A DNA stretch of 64,000 nt, taken from Alphaproteobacteria bacterium. GTDB lineage: Bacteria; Pseudomonadota; Alphaproteobacteria; UBA828. The stretch's first letter is position 1; each line of letters opens with the position of its first letter. Positions 46,864 through 57,200 of the stretch are shown here, piece after piece. A program made the translations under genes and the position numbers. The notes under the pieces are model-generated. The model saw nothing but the letters and a program-made list of their open reading frames with translations. It had not been told where the DNA came from and did not search any database. The DNA is taken from assembly GCA_965221125.1 (NCBI GenBank), contig CBDCRW010000006.1, positions 704,001 through 768,000 on the forward strand. Reading direction: 5' to 3'.

Positions 46864-48340
46864 GCTCGGCCTCCTCAGGCCGCAGGCCCAGGAGCCGGGT
46901 CGCGGCGCTCGCCTCGCCGGATGCCTCGTGCAGCGCCTTGCGAAGCAGCGCCTGCGCCGTCTCCAGTCGATAGCGCGCGCTCGCCCGCATGTCGTCGATG
47001 GGCCGAAAATCCGACGCAAGGGCCTCGCAGGCGGCGTCCCAGCTATGCGGGTCGTCGAGCGGCAGGTCTGCGAGGGCGGCTTCCGTGGCGGTGGCCCGCT
47101 TCGGGGTGGCCGCCATGCCGCCGAAGGCGACGCGCGCGCCGGCGACGCGGCGGCTCTCCACCGTGAACCTGAAGGCGCCGAGGAGAGCCGAGATGTCCTG
47201 GTCGAAGCGCTTTGAGATCTTGTAGCAGCGGAAGACCTCGCCGGCCCCAAGGCGCGGCACGTCGATGCCGGTGACGAACTCGCCCGGCGCCCGGTCCTGC
47301 CTGCCGTAGTCGATGAAGAAGTCTTCGAGCGGCAGCGACCGCGTCGCCTCGCCCCGGCGCAGGTGCAGCGTCGTGCCGAGGGCGATCAGGGCGGGCATGG
47401 TGTCGCCGATGGGGGAGCCGTTGGCGATGTTGCCGCCAATGGTCCCCACCGCGCGGATCTGCCTGCCGCCGATGCGGCGGAACAGCTCGACGAGGTCGGG
47501 GTCGATCGCCGCCATGGCGCCCTCGGCCTGCGCGTAGGTGACGGTGGCGCCGATGTGGAAGCCCCGCTCGCTCTCGCGCAGGTCCGCAAGGTCGGCCACT
47601 CTTCCCAGGAGGATGATCTTGGGCAGGGTCCGCAATTGCTTGGTGATCCAGAGCCCGACGTCCGTCGCGCCGGCGACCAGCGTGGCCTCCGGGTGGCGGG
47701 CGTAGAGGCCGGCCAGGGCATCGACGGAAGCCGGCGCCGCGAGGAAACCCGATGCCTCGTCGCCGATGAAGAGGTCTTCGCCGTCGTCGAGCGCCGCCAG
47801 CCGCTCGGCGGTGGCCTCACGGCGCTTCGCGTAGGCGTCGCACGGCGGCCCGTCGCAGGCCTCCAGCGCGGCATCGACGATCGGCCGGTACCCGGTGCAG
47901 CGGCACAAGTTGCCGGCGAGGGTGTCGTTCACCGCCTGCCGGTCGGGGCACCCACCAGCGTGGTAGAGCGTGAAGAGGCTCATCACGATGCCGGGCGTGC
48001 AGAAGCCGCACTGGCTGCCGTGGTGCCTCAGCATCGCGTCCTGCACGGGATGCAGCGCGCCGCCCGGCCCGGCCAGGTCGTCGACGGCGACCAGCTCCTT
48101 GCCGTCGATCATGCCGAGCAGGCAGATGCAGGCGTTGACCGGCTCGTATTCCAGCCTGCCGCCCCGAAGCGTGCCGAGCGCCACGGTGCACGCGCCGCAG
48201 TCGCCCTCGGCGCAGCCCTCCTTGGTGCCGCAGGCGTAGCGGCGCAGCCGGAGATAGTCGAGCAGGGTCTCGCCCGGCGCCACGTCGCGGAGCGAGACGA
48301 CCTCGCCCTGGTGGAGAAACCGGACCGACGCGCGCGTCAT
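46853..48340 (-). CDS. xdhA: Xanthine dehydrogenase FeS/FAD subunit
   Basis: GTKEGCAEGDCGACT, SQCGFCTPG, NLCRCTGY, YKISKRFDQDIS. Confidence 0.95.
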   Translation of the reverse strand: MTRASVRFLHQGEVVSLRDVAPGETLLDYLRLRRYACGTKEGCAEGDCGACTVALGTLRGGRLEYEPVNACICLLGMIDGKELVAVDDLAGPGGALHPVQDAMLRHHGSQCGFCTPGIVMSLFTLYHAGGCPDRQAVNDTLAGNLCRCTGYRPIVDAALEACDGPPCDAYAKRREATAERLAALDDGEDLFIGDEASGFLAAPASVDALAGLYARHPEATLVAGATDVGLWITKQLRTLPKIILLGRVADLADLRESERGFHIGATVTYAQAEGAMAAIDPDLVELFRRIGGRQIRAVGTIGGNIANGSPIGDTMPALIALGTTLHLRRGEATRSLPLEDFFIDYGRQDRAPGEFVTGIDVPRLGAGEVFRCYKISKRFDQDISALLGAFRFTVESRRVAGARVAFGGMAATPKRATATEAALADLPLDDPHSWDAACEALASDFRPIDDMRASARYRLETAQALLRKALHEASGEASAATRLLGLRPEEAERAA

Positions 48341-48342
48341 GC

Positions 48343-48696
48343 TCAGCTGCCGCGATAGGTGGAATAGCCGTAGGCCGAGAGCAGCAGCGGCACGTGGTAG
48401 TGGCCTTGCGGATCAGCCACGCCGAAGCGCACCGGCACCACGCCGAGGAACGGCGGCTCGGGATGCGCCCCGCCAGTGCTCCGGCGGTAGTCGCCCGCCA
48501 TGAAGCGCAGCTCGTAGGTGCCGGCGGCGAACGCGTCCCCTTCCAGCAAGGCGTCCTCGACCCGGCCGTCGTCGTTCGTCACGACGGTCTTGAGCCGTTC
48601 CGGCGCCGCGCCGTCCACGCGCCACAGCTCGATCGCCAATCCCCGTGCCGGCGTGCCCGCCGTCAGGTCAAGCACGTGTGTCGTCAACCGCCCGAT
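48343..48696 (-). CDS. uraH: 5-hydroxyisourate hydrolase
   Basis: LTTHVLD, TNDDGR, HYHVPLLLS..YSTYRGS; start ambiguous (ATC 48696 with an SD, or TTG 48741). Confidence 0.92.
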   Translation of the reverse strand: MGRLTTHVLDLTAGTPARGLAIELWRVDGAAPERLKTVVTNDDGRVEDALLEGDAFAAGTYELRFMAGDYRRSTGGAHPEPPFLGVVPVRFGVADPQGHYHVPLLLSAYGYSTYRGS

Positions 48697-48841
48697 GGGT
48701 CTCGCTCCCCGGCTGCCTGCGCCGCGTTCCCGTTTCGTCAAGGCGACCGGGGATTGTCCACGAATTCAGTGGATCGCAAAAGAACCCTGTTTGGGGGACT
48801 GGTATGCGACCGGGGTCATTTCCCGGCGCCGGTGCCTGGTT

Positions 48842-49345
48842 CTACCGCTGCCAGGTGCAGTCGGCGATCATGGCGACCCAGTTGTCGGGCAGGTAGTCGA
48901 CTTCGTAGGTGCAGGTTCCGCCGATGCCTGCATAGACGCCGGTGCCGCCCTGGATTTCCATGGTGCCGGGGCCGCCGCCGCCCGCCTCGATAGTGCCCGC
49001 GCGCCGTTTCGAGTGGGTGTACCACGTGTCGCCCGAGGCAGCGGTCATCGTGCAGGGGGCGTCAAGATCGATGCCCGCCTCCGTGCTCTTGGCGTAGACC
49101 ACGCACGTGATCCGCTCGTGCGTGCCCGCGACGAAGGGGGCGCCGCTGCTCTCCATGACGGTGACCGTGCCCTGCAGCGGCCCGCCGGTGACGCTGCCGC
49201 CGGCATGGTCGATGGTGACGTAGTCCTGCACGTAGGTGCGGACGATGCGGAAGCTGCCGCTCTCCTCCGCCGCTGCGGTGTGCGCCCCGCACAGGGTCGC
49301 CGCCCCGGCGATCAGCGCCGCGGCCAAGGTCCTCGCAGAAGTCAT
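48842..49345 (-). CDS. Secreted hypothetical beta-rich protein
   Basis: Signal peptide; four Cys in the mature part; GGTGVYAG motif reminiscent of allene-oxide-cyclase/dirigent-like barrels. Confidence 0.65.
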   Translation of the reverse strand: MTSARTLAAALIAGAATLCGAHTAAAEESGSFRIVRTYVQDYVTIDHAGGSVTGGPLQGTVTVMESSGAPFVAGTHERITCVVYAKSTEAGIDLDAPCTMTAASGDTWYTHSKRRAGTIEAGGGGPGTMEIQGGTGVYAGIGGTCTYEVDYLPDNWVAMIADCTWQR

Positions 49346-49427
49346 ACTGGTCCTCGCCTGTCGGATAATGGATGGCGGGATGTTAGCCCGGATTTTCGGC
49401 CGCGGTCACGGTCGGCGCAGCGGAGCC

Positions 49428-50045
49428 TCAGTCGTCGCCGTCCTTGCGGCCCTGCCCGCTGAGCGCGTCGAGCTGGGCCTGCATCCGGTCGAGCCGGTCG
49501 AGCACGGCGCCAACGTCGGGCGACTCGTCCTCGCCGTCGCCGTCGGGCTTCGGCTCCTCCCGCCGCTGGCTGGCCGGCATGCCCGCGAACACCTCCATGG
49601 TGCGCTGCATCATCGCCATGTTGCGCTCGGCCATGGCCTGGAACTCGTCCACCGGGAACATGCCGCCGAAGCTCTCGTTCATGCGCTCGCGGATGTCGCC
49701 CCGGTTGCGGGAGAAGGTGTCCATGGTGAGCTCGAGATAACGGGGCACGAAGGCCTGGACGTTGTCGCCGTAGAGCTGGATGAGCTGACGCAGGAAGCTG
49801 AGCGGCAGCATGTTCTGCCCCTTGGCCTCCTGCTCGACGATGATCTGGGTGAGCACCTGGCGGGTGATGTCCTCGCCGCTCCGCGCGTCGCGGACGACGA
49901 AGTCCTCGCCGTTCCGCACCATGTCGCAGAGGTTGTCGAGGGTCACGTAGCTGCTGGTGGCGGTGTTGTAGAGCCTGCGGTTGGCGTACTTCTTGATGGT
50001 GACGGTGGCTCGGTCGGCCTCGTCGGCCCGCTCGGTCGAGGCCAT
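49428..50045 (-). CDS. phaR: Polyhydroxyalkanoate synthesis repressor
   Basis: IKKYANRRLYNTATSSYVTL, GEDITRQVLTQII, FLRQLI. Confidence 0.93.
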   Translation of the reverse strand: MASTERADEADRATVTIKKYANRRLYNTATSSYVTLDNLCDMVRNGEDFVVRDARSGEDITRQVLTQIIVEQEAKGQNMLPLSFLRQLIQLYGDNVQAFVPRYLELTMDTFSRNRGDIRERMNESFGGMFPVDEFQAMAERNMAMMQRTMEVFAGMPASQRREEPKPDGDGEDESPDVGAVLDRLDRMQAQLDALSGQGRKDGDD

Positions 50046-50064
50046 CTCCCCGGCCTCCGCCGGT

Positions 50065-51804
50065 CTATTCTGCAGCCTCCGGCAGCGGCTCGTCCTCGCC
50101 GTAGCGCGCGACCCAGCTCGGCTCGAAGCCGTAGTCCTCGGCCGCGGCCTCGGCGCTGACGTAGCCCTCCAGCACATCCTCCACGACGGCACGCGGGTCG
50201 CGCTCACGCGGCTCGCCGTAGCCGCCGCCGCCCGGCGCCTTCACCGATACCCGCTCGCCGGGGCGGATGGGCACGTTGGAGTACTTGCTGCTGGAGATCT
50301 TGCCGAAGGCCTCGCTGATGGTGGACCAGCGGTTGCCGCCTTCCTGCTGGTAGAGCGTTGCGCCTGCGATGCCGGAGCCGCCGCCGCTGAGCCCCCAGGC
50401 GACCTTCTTGTGCTTGTTGGTCATCTGGCTGATCATCACGTCGCCGGTGCACAGCATGGTCTTGGAGATGCTCAAGCCGCCGCGATGGGCGCCGGCCCCG
50501 GCCGAATCCTGGCGCAGCGCGTATTCCTCCACGATCCACGGGAAGCGCGTCTCGAACACCTCGGTCGGCGTGTTGGCGCAGTTGCCGTTGATCGAATCGG
50601 TGGCGTCGTTGCCATCGGCGAAGCTGCGCCCGCCATAGCCGACGTAAGAGAAGTCGAAGGCGCCGATGGGCTCGTCGTTGCGTGCATCGTAGCCGCCGAA
50701 GACGAAGCAGCCGTGGGTGGTGCCCTCGGACGCCATCACGCGGTCGGGCGCCGCCGGCGCCATGGCGCCCAGGATGATGGCGACGATGAGCGGATGGGTC
50801 TCGGTGTTGCCGCCGACCTCCGAGCCCGGATAGTCGACGTTCATGATCGAGCCGGCCGGGGCGATGACCCGGATCGGGCGGAAGCAGCCCGAGTTCTTCG
50901 GGATCGTCTGGTCGGTGAGATGCAGCATGGCGTTGTAGGAGGCCGACCAGGCGACGCCCAAGGTGGCGTTGATCGGGCCGAGCGCCTGCGGCGAGGAGCC
51001 GGTGTAATCGATCACCACCTCGTCGCCCTGCACGTGGACGGCGCAGCGGATGGTGAACTCCTTTTCCTCGATGCCGTCATCCTCCATCCCGTCCTCGAAG
51101 CGGTAGCAGCCATCGGGGAAGGCGGAAATCTCGGCCCGCATGCGGGCTTCGGAATAGTCCATGAGATCGGTGACGGTGCGGCGGAAGGTCTCGCGCCCGT
51201 ACTTCGCGATCAGCTCCTTCAACCGGGACTCGCCGAGATCGACGGCGGAGATCAGAGCGCGGATGTCGCCGTAATTCTGGCGGGGCGTGCGGACGTTGGC
51301 GAGCATCAGCTTCCAGACCTCGACCACGTCCTCGCCCTGCTTCTTGATCTTGACCGGGGGCACGCGCAGCCCCTCGTGGAAGATCTCGGTGGCTTCGCCG
51401 GGGAAGCCGCCCGGCACCATGCCGCCGGTCTCGACGAAGTGGCCGATGGCGACGGCAAAGCCCATCAGCTCGCCATCGACGAAGATCGGCTTGAACATGG
51501 TGTGCTCGGGCGTGTGCAGGCCGCCCCGATACGGGTCGTTGTGGACGATCACGTCGCCCTCGTGAATCTCGGAGAGCGTGATCTCCTTCACCATCGAGCG
51601 CACGAGCAGCGGCACGCCGCCGATCTGGGCCGGGCAGAACTCGCCCACGGCGATCATCTCGCCTTCGGCGTTGGCGAGCGCGCAGGTGAAGTCCTCGGCT
51701 TCGGAAAAGATGGTGGAATAGGCGGTCTTCTGCACGTTGACGCCCATCTCGCGGCAAATCGCGACGATGGCGGATTCGATGATATTCATCGTGACCATGT
51801 CCAT
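50065..51804 (-). CDS. Hydantoinase B/oxoprolinase family protein
   Basis: TAYSTIFSEAEDF, NDPYRGGLH, EIFHEGL, DSAGAGAHRGG, PGGGGYG. Confidence 0.92.
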   Translation of the reverse strand: MDMVTMNIIESAIVAICREMGVNVQKTAYSTIFSEAEDFTCALANAEGEMIAVGEFCPAQIGGVPLLVRSMVKEITLSEIHEGDVIVHNDPYRGGLHTPEHTMFKPIFVDGELMGFAVAIGHFVETGGMVPGGFPGEATEIFHEGLRVPPVKIKKQGEDVVEVWKLMLANVRTPRQNYGDIRALISAVDLGESRLKELIAKYGRETFRRTVTDLMDYSEARMRAEISAFPDGCYRFEDGMEDDGIEEKEFTIRCAVHVQGDEVVIDYTGSSPQALGPINATLGVAWSASYNAMLHLTDQTIPKNSGCFRPIRVIAPAGSIMNVDYPGSEVGGNTETHPLIVAIILGAMAPAAPDRVMASEGTTHGCFVFGGYDARNDEPIGAFDFSYVGYGGRSFADGNDATDSINGNCANTPTEVFETRFPWIVEEYALRQDSAGAGAHRGGLSISKTMLCTGDVMISQMTNKHKKVAWGLSGGGSGIAGATLYQQEGGNRWSTISEAFGKISSSKYSNVPIRPGERVSVKAPGGGGYGEPRERDPRAVVEDVLEGYVSAEAAAEDYGFEPSWVARYGEDEPLPEAAE

Positions 51805-51846
51805 GACGGCTTCCTTTCCCTCCCGCGCGCGGAACCGACTTGGCGG

Positions 51847-53886
51847 TCAGTTCTGGCGCGCGATCTCGCCGATCAGAATATTGCCGTAACGGTCGATCCG
51901 CACCGGCTGGCCAGGGCGGATGACGGTGACCGAGGCAGGTTCCTCGATCAGCGCGGGGCCCTCGAAGACGTGCCCCTCCCGCAGCGCGGCGCGGTCGTGG
52001 ACCGGTGTCTCCGCCCAGCCCTCCTCGAAGAGCACCCGGCGCGTCACCGCCGGCGCCGGCGCGCCCCCGGCCCGGCCGACCTCGGCGAGCGCGGGCTTGT
52101 CGGTCACCGAGACCGCCGTCACCTTGACCGAGGTCATCTCGATCTTCTCGCCCGGAATGTCGAAATTGAAGCGCTCGCGATGGGCCCGGTGGAAGGCCTC
52201 CCACAGCCCCGGCAGCGTGGTCTCGTCGAAGCGGTCGAAGGCGATGGGCACGTCGAGCTCGTGGTTCTGCCCGAGGTAGCGCATCTCCAGCGAGCGCAGG
52301 ATCTCGATGTTCTCGGTGTAGCCCTGCTCCTCAAGCAGGGCGACGCCTTCGCGGATCAGGTCCGAGAGCACGCGGTTGGCATGGTCTTCGTCGAAGGCGG
52401 CAGAGGTCATCTGCGCCGTCCGCTCCAGGTCCACACGCGCGTCCGTCATCAGGAAGCCGAAGGCCGAGAACTGGCCCGGATGGTTGGGCACGATGCCGCT
52501 CGGGATGTTGGCATGGACCATGAGGTCGGCCACGTGCACGGGGCCCGCACCGCCGAATGCCAGCAGGGTGAAGTCGCGGGGGTCGAGGCCGCGCTCGGTC
52601 AGCACCGAGCGGAGCGCGCCGATCATGTTGTTGTTGGCGATTTGCACCATGGCGAGCGCGGTCTCCTCGACCGGCTTGTCGATGGCGCCTGCGACCTGGG
52701 CGATGGCCTTCGCGGCCGCATCGGGGTCGAGCGCCATGGCGCCGCCCAGGAAATTCGCCGGGTTGATGCGGCCGAGCGCGAGGTTGGCGTCGGTCGCGGT
52801 CGCCTGCGTGCCGCCGAGGCCGTAGCAGGCGGGCCCCGGATTGGCGCCCGCGCTCTCCGGACCCATGCGCAGCATGCCGCCCTTGTCGATCCACGCGAGC
52901 GAGCCGCCGCCCGCGCCCATGGTGCGGATGTCGATCATGGGGATCTGGATGGGCAGGCCGAACTCGATCTCGAAGCTGGTGGTGAAGCTCTCGTGCCCAC
53001 CGACCACGGTGGAGACGTCGGTGGACGTGCCGCCCATGTCGAGGGTGACGAGGTGGTCCACGCCGACGCTCCGCGCGATCTGCTTGGCGCCGACCACGCC
53101 GCCAGTCGGGCCCGAGAGGGTCATCTGGATGGGGTGGCGCGCGGCCTCCTCCAGGGTCATCTCGCCGCCGTTGGACTTGATCGCGGCGACCTGGCGCGTG
53201 ATGCCCTTGCCGTCGAGCCGCTCCCGCATGGCGCCGAGATGGTTGCCCACGACGGGCTTGATGTAGGCGTCCGTGATGGTGGTGGACGAGCGCTCGAACT
53301 CCTTCCACTTGGGCAGCACTTCGTAGGAGATGCTGACGGGGATGTCCGGGCACTCCTCGGCGAAGACCTCGCGCGCCGTGCGCTCGTGGTCCGGCGTCAC
53401 GAAGGAGAAGAGGAAGTTGATGGCGACCGCCTCGATCCAGCCCAGGGTCTTGATCTCGCGCGCGATGGCGCGGACGCGCTCGATATCCAGCGGGTGGTAG
53501 ACCTCGCCCCGCGCCAGGATGCGCTCGTCCACCTCGTAGCAGTGGCGGCGCTTCACCAGCGGCTTCGCCTTGACCCAGGTGATGTCGTAGTGGCTCTTGC
53601 GCTTGCCCCGCTGGATGAAGGGGACGTCGCGGAAGCCGGTCGTGGTGAGATAGGCGACCGTGGCGCCCTTCCGCTCGAGGATCGCGTTGGTCGCGATGGT
53701 GGTGCCGAAGCGGATGTTGCCGATGGCGCCGGTGTTGCCGGAACGGTCGAGCCCGTCGATGATCCCGTCGATGGGGTCGGCCGGGGTGGAGAGTGTCTTC
53801 CAGACGTCGACGGCCTGGGTCGCCGGATCGTAGCGGACGAAATCCGTGAAGGTTCCGCCCACGTCGATCCCAACCAGATCGCTCAT
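51847..53886 (-). CDS. Hydantoinase A/oxoprolinase family protein (ATP-binding)
   Basis: GIDVGGTFTD, TTIATNA, LSGP, DMGGTSTD, GAGGGS, GPESAG. Confidence 0.92.
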   Translation of the reverse strand: MSDLVGIDVGGTFTDFVRYDPATQAVDVWKTLSTPADPIDGIIDGLDRSGNTGAIGNIRFGTTIATNAILERKGATVAYLTTTGFRDVPFIQRGKRKSHYDITWVKAKPLVKRRHCYEVDERILARGEVYHPLDIERVRAIAREIKTLGWIEAVAINFLFSFVTPDHERTAREVFAEECPDIPVSISYEVLPKWKEFERSSTTITDAYIKPVVGNHLGAMRERLDGKGITRQVAAIKSNGGEMTLEEAARHPIQMTLSGPTGGVVGAKQIARSVGVDHLVTLDMGGTSTDVSTVVGGHESFTTSFEIEFGLPIQIPMIDIRTMGAGGGSLAWIDKGGMLRMGPESAGANPGPACYGLGGTQATATDANLALGRINPANFLGGAMALDPDAAAKAIAQVAGAIDKPVEETALAMVQIANNNMIGALRSVLTERGLDPRDFTLLAFGGAGPVHVADLMVHANIPSGIVPNHPGQFSAFGFLMTDARVDLERTAQMTSAAFDEDHANRVLSDLIREGVALLEEQGYTENIEILRSLEMRYLGQNHELDVPIAFDRFDETTLPGLWEAFHRAHRERFNFDIPGEKIEMTSVKVTAVSVTDKPALAEVGRAGGAPAPAVTRRVLFEEGWAETPVHDRAALREGHVFEGPALIEEPASVTVIRPGQPVRIDRYGNILIGEIARQN

Positions 53887-53943
53887 GGTGCTCCGCGCCT
53901 GCGCTGGGTGGGATGAATGGATGCGTCGAGCGGCGGCGCGCGC

Positions 53944-54159
53944 TCAGCCGGTCTCGTGGATGCCCTGCTTCGGCAGCGGGATGCGCGGCTGCTCGATGCC
54001 GTCGGCCCGCGCGGTGAACCACTGGACGCACCAGTCGGAGCAGAAGAGCTGATCCTTGCCCTTCACGGTGGCGGAGATGCCCTCGTCGTAAATGAGCACG
54101 CCGCAGTTGTCGCACTTCACGTAGCGCTCGATGTAGTAACCGTTGTCGGAAAAGCGCAT
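53944..54159 (-). CDS. Small TRASH/YHS-like Cys4 metal-binding protein (71 aa)
   Basis: CDNC-x20-CSDWC; GGGAGGGAG RBS; first gene of the hyuA-hyuB unit. Confidence 0.7.
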   Translation of the reverse strand: MRFSDNGYYIERYVKCDNCGVLIYDEGISATVKGKDQLFCSDWCVQWFTARADGIEQPRIPLPKQGIHETG

Positions 54160-54212
54160 GCCGTCTCCCTCCCGCGTCCGGCTCTGGCCGCCGGCCCTCA
54201 GCAAGCGGCGCG

Positions 54213-54241
54213 AGTCTGGAGAGGAAGGCCGTGCGAGTCAA
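54213..54241 (-). promoter_or_regulatory. Sigma70-like promoter for the Cys4 protein-hyuA-hyuB unit
   Basis: TTGACT-N17-CAGACT on the minus strand. Confidence 0.5.
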
Positions 54242-54263
54242 TGTTGTGCAGCGCAGCAGGACC

Positions 54264-57200
54264 CTACTCCGCCGCTTCGTCCGCGCCCGGATCGTAGCCG
54301 TAGTCGCGCGCGGCCTCCGCCTCGGTGAGGTAGCCGCGGCTGAGGTCGGCGGCGACGCGGGCGCGGGCGCGGGCGCGCGGATCGCCCAGGCCGCCGCCGC
54401 CGGGCGTGCGCACCTGCACCGTGTCCCCCGGCGCCAGGCGATAACCCTCGCCCTTGGAGAGATGCGGCGGCTCCTCGACCTGGTTGCCGCGGCGCACCTC
54501 GATGCGGTTGCAGGCGCCGGGCAGGCCGCCCGCGAGGCCGTGCGGGCCGGTGCGGCCGTGGTCCATCATGAAGGACGCCTTGGCCTCGCCCCGGAGCAGG
54601 CGGACGCGGTAGCTCACGCCGAAGCCGCCCCGGTGGCGGCCGGCGCCGCCCGAGCCCTCGCGCAGCGCGTACTCCTCGAACAGGATGGGGTAGTGCTGCT
54701 CCAGGATCTCTGCCGGCTGGGTCTTGGAGATGCCGACCGACGAGCAGCCGTTGGTGAGGCCGTCATCCGCCCACCAGCCGCCGTAGCCGCCGCCGGAGAA
54801 GATGTACATGACGTAGCGGCGGCCCTCGGCCGGATCGTCGCCGCCCAGGCTGAAGTTGCCGCTGGTGCCGGCGGGGGCAGCGAACATGCGCTCCGGCATG
54901 GCCTGGCCCAAAGCGCCGAACACCGCCTCCATGATGCGCTGCGCCGTCTCGGCCGCGCAGCCGGAGACGGGCCTCGGATACTCCGCGTAGAGGAAGGTAT
55001 CGTGGGGCGGCTCCACAGCGATGGGGCGGAAGCAGCCGGCGTTGATCGGCACGTCCGGGAAGGTGTGCTTGATCGCGCAGTAGACCGAGGCGAGCGTCGT
55101 CGCCCAGACCGAGTTGACCGGCCCGCGGCAGGGCGGGCTGGAGCCTCCGAAATCCACGGCGAGGTCGCTGCCGTCCACGACGACGCGCGCCCGGACCTCC
55201 AGCGGCGCGTCGTCCACGCCGTCGGAATCCATGTAGCTGGAGAAGACGTACGCGCCGTCGGGCACGGAGGCGATGTGGGCGCGCATGCGGCGTTCCGAGC
55301 GCTCCTTGAGCGCCTCGATGGCGGCGTTGACCGTAGCCTCCCCGTGCTTGTCGAGGAGCTGGGTCAGCCGCCGCTCGCCCACCGAAAGCGCGCCGATCTG
55401 GGCGCGGATGTCGCCGATCCGCTCCTCCGGCACACGGATGTTGGCGAGCACAATCTGCAGGATGTCGTCGTCGAGCTCACCGCGCCTGTGCAGCTTGACC
55501 GGCGGCAGCCTTAGCCCCTCCTGCTGGATCTCGGTCGCCTGCGAGGGGAAGCCGCCCGGCACCATGCCGCCGGTATCGGGCCAGTGGCCGGTGTTGGAGA
55601 GGCAGGCCCAGAGCCTGCCCTTGTAGAAAAACGGCCGCACCATCTTGACGTCCATCAGGTGGGTGCCGCCGAAATAGGGGTCGTTGACCAGCACGATGTC
55701 GCCGGGCTCCAGGTCGTCGCGCGCCTCGATCACGGCCTGCGTGGTGGACTGCATGACACCGAGAAAGATCGGCAGCCCAAGCTCGCCCTGCGCGATGATC
55801 TGGCCGGTCTCGGGATCGTAGATGCCGTTGGAGCGGTCGTAGGCCTCCGAGATCACCGGCGAGAACGAGGTGCGCTGGTGCACCAGGTCCATCTCGCTCG
55901 CGACCTGCTGGAGGCCGCTCTCGATCACCGCGAGCGTGACCGGATCGAGCGCATCGGCGGTGCCGTCGCTGGCCTCCGCCGCCGCCTGCGGCACGGTGAG
56001 CACGAGGTTGCCGAGGGCATCGGCGCGGGCTTCGGAGCCGGGCTCCACCAGGATCGTGGTGTCGAGCTGCTGGACGATGGCGGGACCCTGGATCGCGGCA
56101 TCGCCGGGCAGGGCGTCGCGCCGGTATATCGGCGTCTCCACCCAGGCGCCGTCGAAATGCACCGGCCGGGTCTCGATCAGCGCCGAGGCCAGCGTCGCCC
56201 CGCCGTCCTCGCTCGCGAGCGTGAGGTCGAGGGTCGGGCGGATGCCGCAGACGGTGGTGCGCAGGTTGACCAGGATCGGCTGCATCTCCGGCAGCACGAT
56301 ATCGAAGCGCTCGCGGTAGAGCGCGGCGAAGGCGTCGCGGACTGCTGCCCCGTCGAAGCCGCCCTCCCCCACCGGCACGCGGAAGACGTGACTCTGGCCG
56401 CGGTAGAAGAGGTCGGCCTCGTGCTCGACCTCGACGGCGGTGACGGTGCCTCCCTCCTCCGCCAGCAGCGCCCGGCCCTCCACCGCCTGGTCCGCCAGGA
56501 TGCGGTCGGCCTCCGCCGCGTCCACGTCTTCGAGCGGCTGGTGCAGGGTGCGGACGAAGTCGTGGCGCACGTCGGCCAGCACGCAGCCGAGCGCCGAGGT
56601 GATGCCGGGGTAGCGCGGCACCAGCACATGGGGCACGCCGAGCTCGCGGGCGATCGCGGTCGCGTGCATCGGCCCCGCGCCGCCGAAGGCGAAGAGGGCG
56701 AAGTCGCGCGGGTCGTGCCCCTTGTCCACCGAGACCAGCCGGGCCGCGCCCGCCATCTGGTGGTCCACGACCTTGAGGATTGCGGCGGCGGCCTCCGTCT
56801 CGTCGAGCCCTAAGGGCTCGCCGATCTTCTCACGGACGATGCGGCGCACCGCGTCGATGTCGGGCGGGCTCTCGAGGCCGCCGATGGCGCCGGCGTCGAT
56901 GCGGCCGAGCAGCAGGTTGGCGTCGGTCACTGTGGGCTCGCGCCCGCCCCGGCCGTAGCAGATGGGCCCCGGCGCCGCGCCAGCGCTCTCGGGGCCTACG
57001 CGCAGGATGCCGCCCTCGTCCACCCGCGCGATACTGCCGCCGCCCGCGCCGATGGTCTGGATGTCCACCATGGGCACGCGGAGCGGCATGCCGTAGGCGA
57101 TGTCCTTCTCCGTCGTCGTGGCCGGCACGCCGCCCCGCACGATGGCGATGTCGAAGCTGGTGCCGCCCATGTCGCAGCTGATGAGGTTGGGGAAGCCGGC

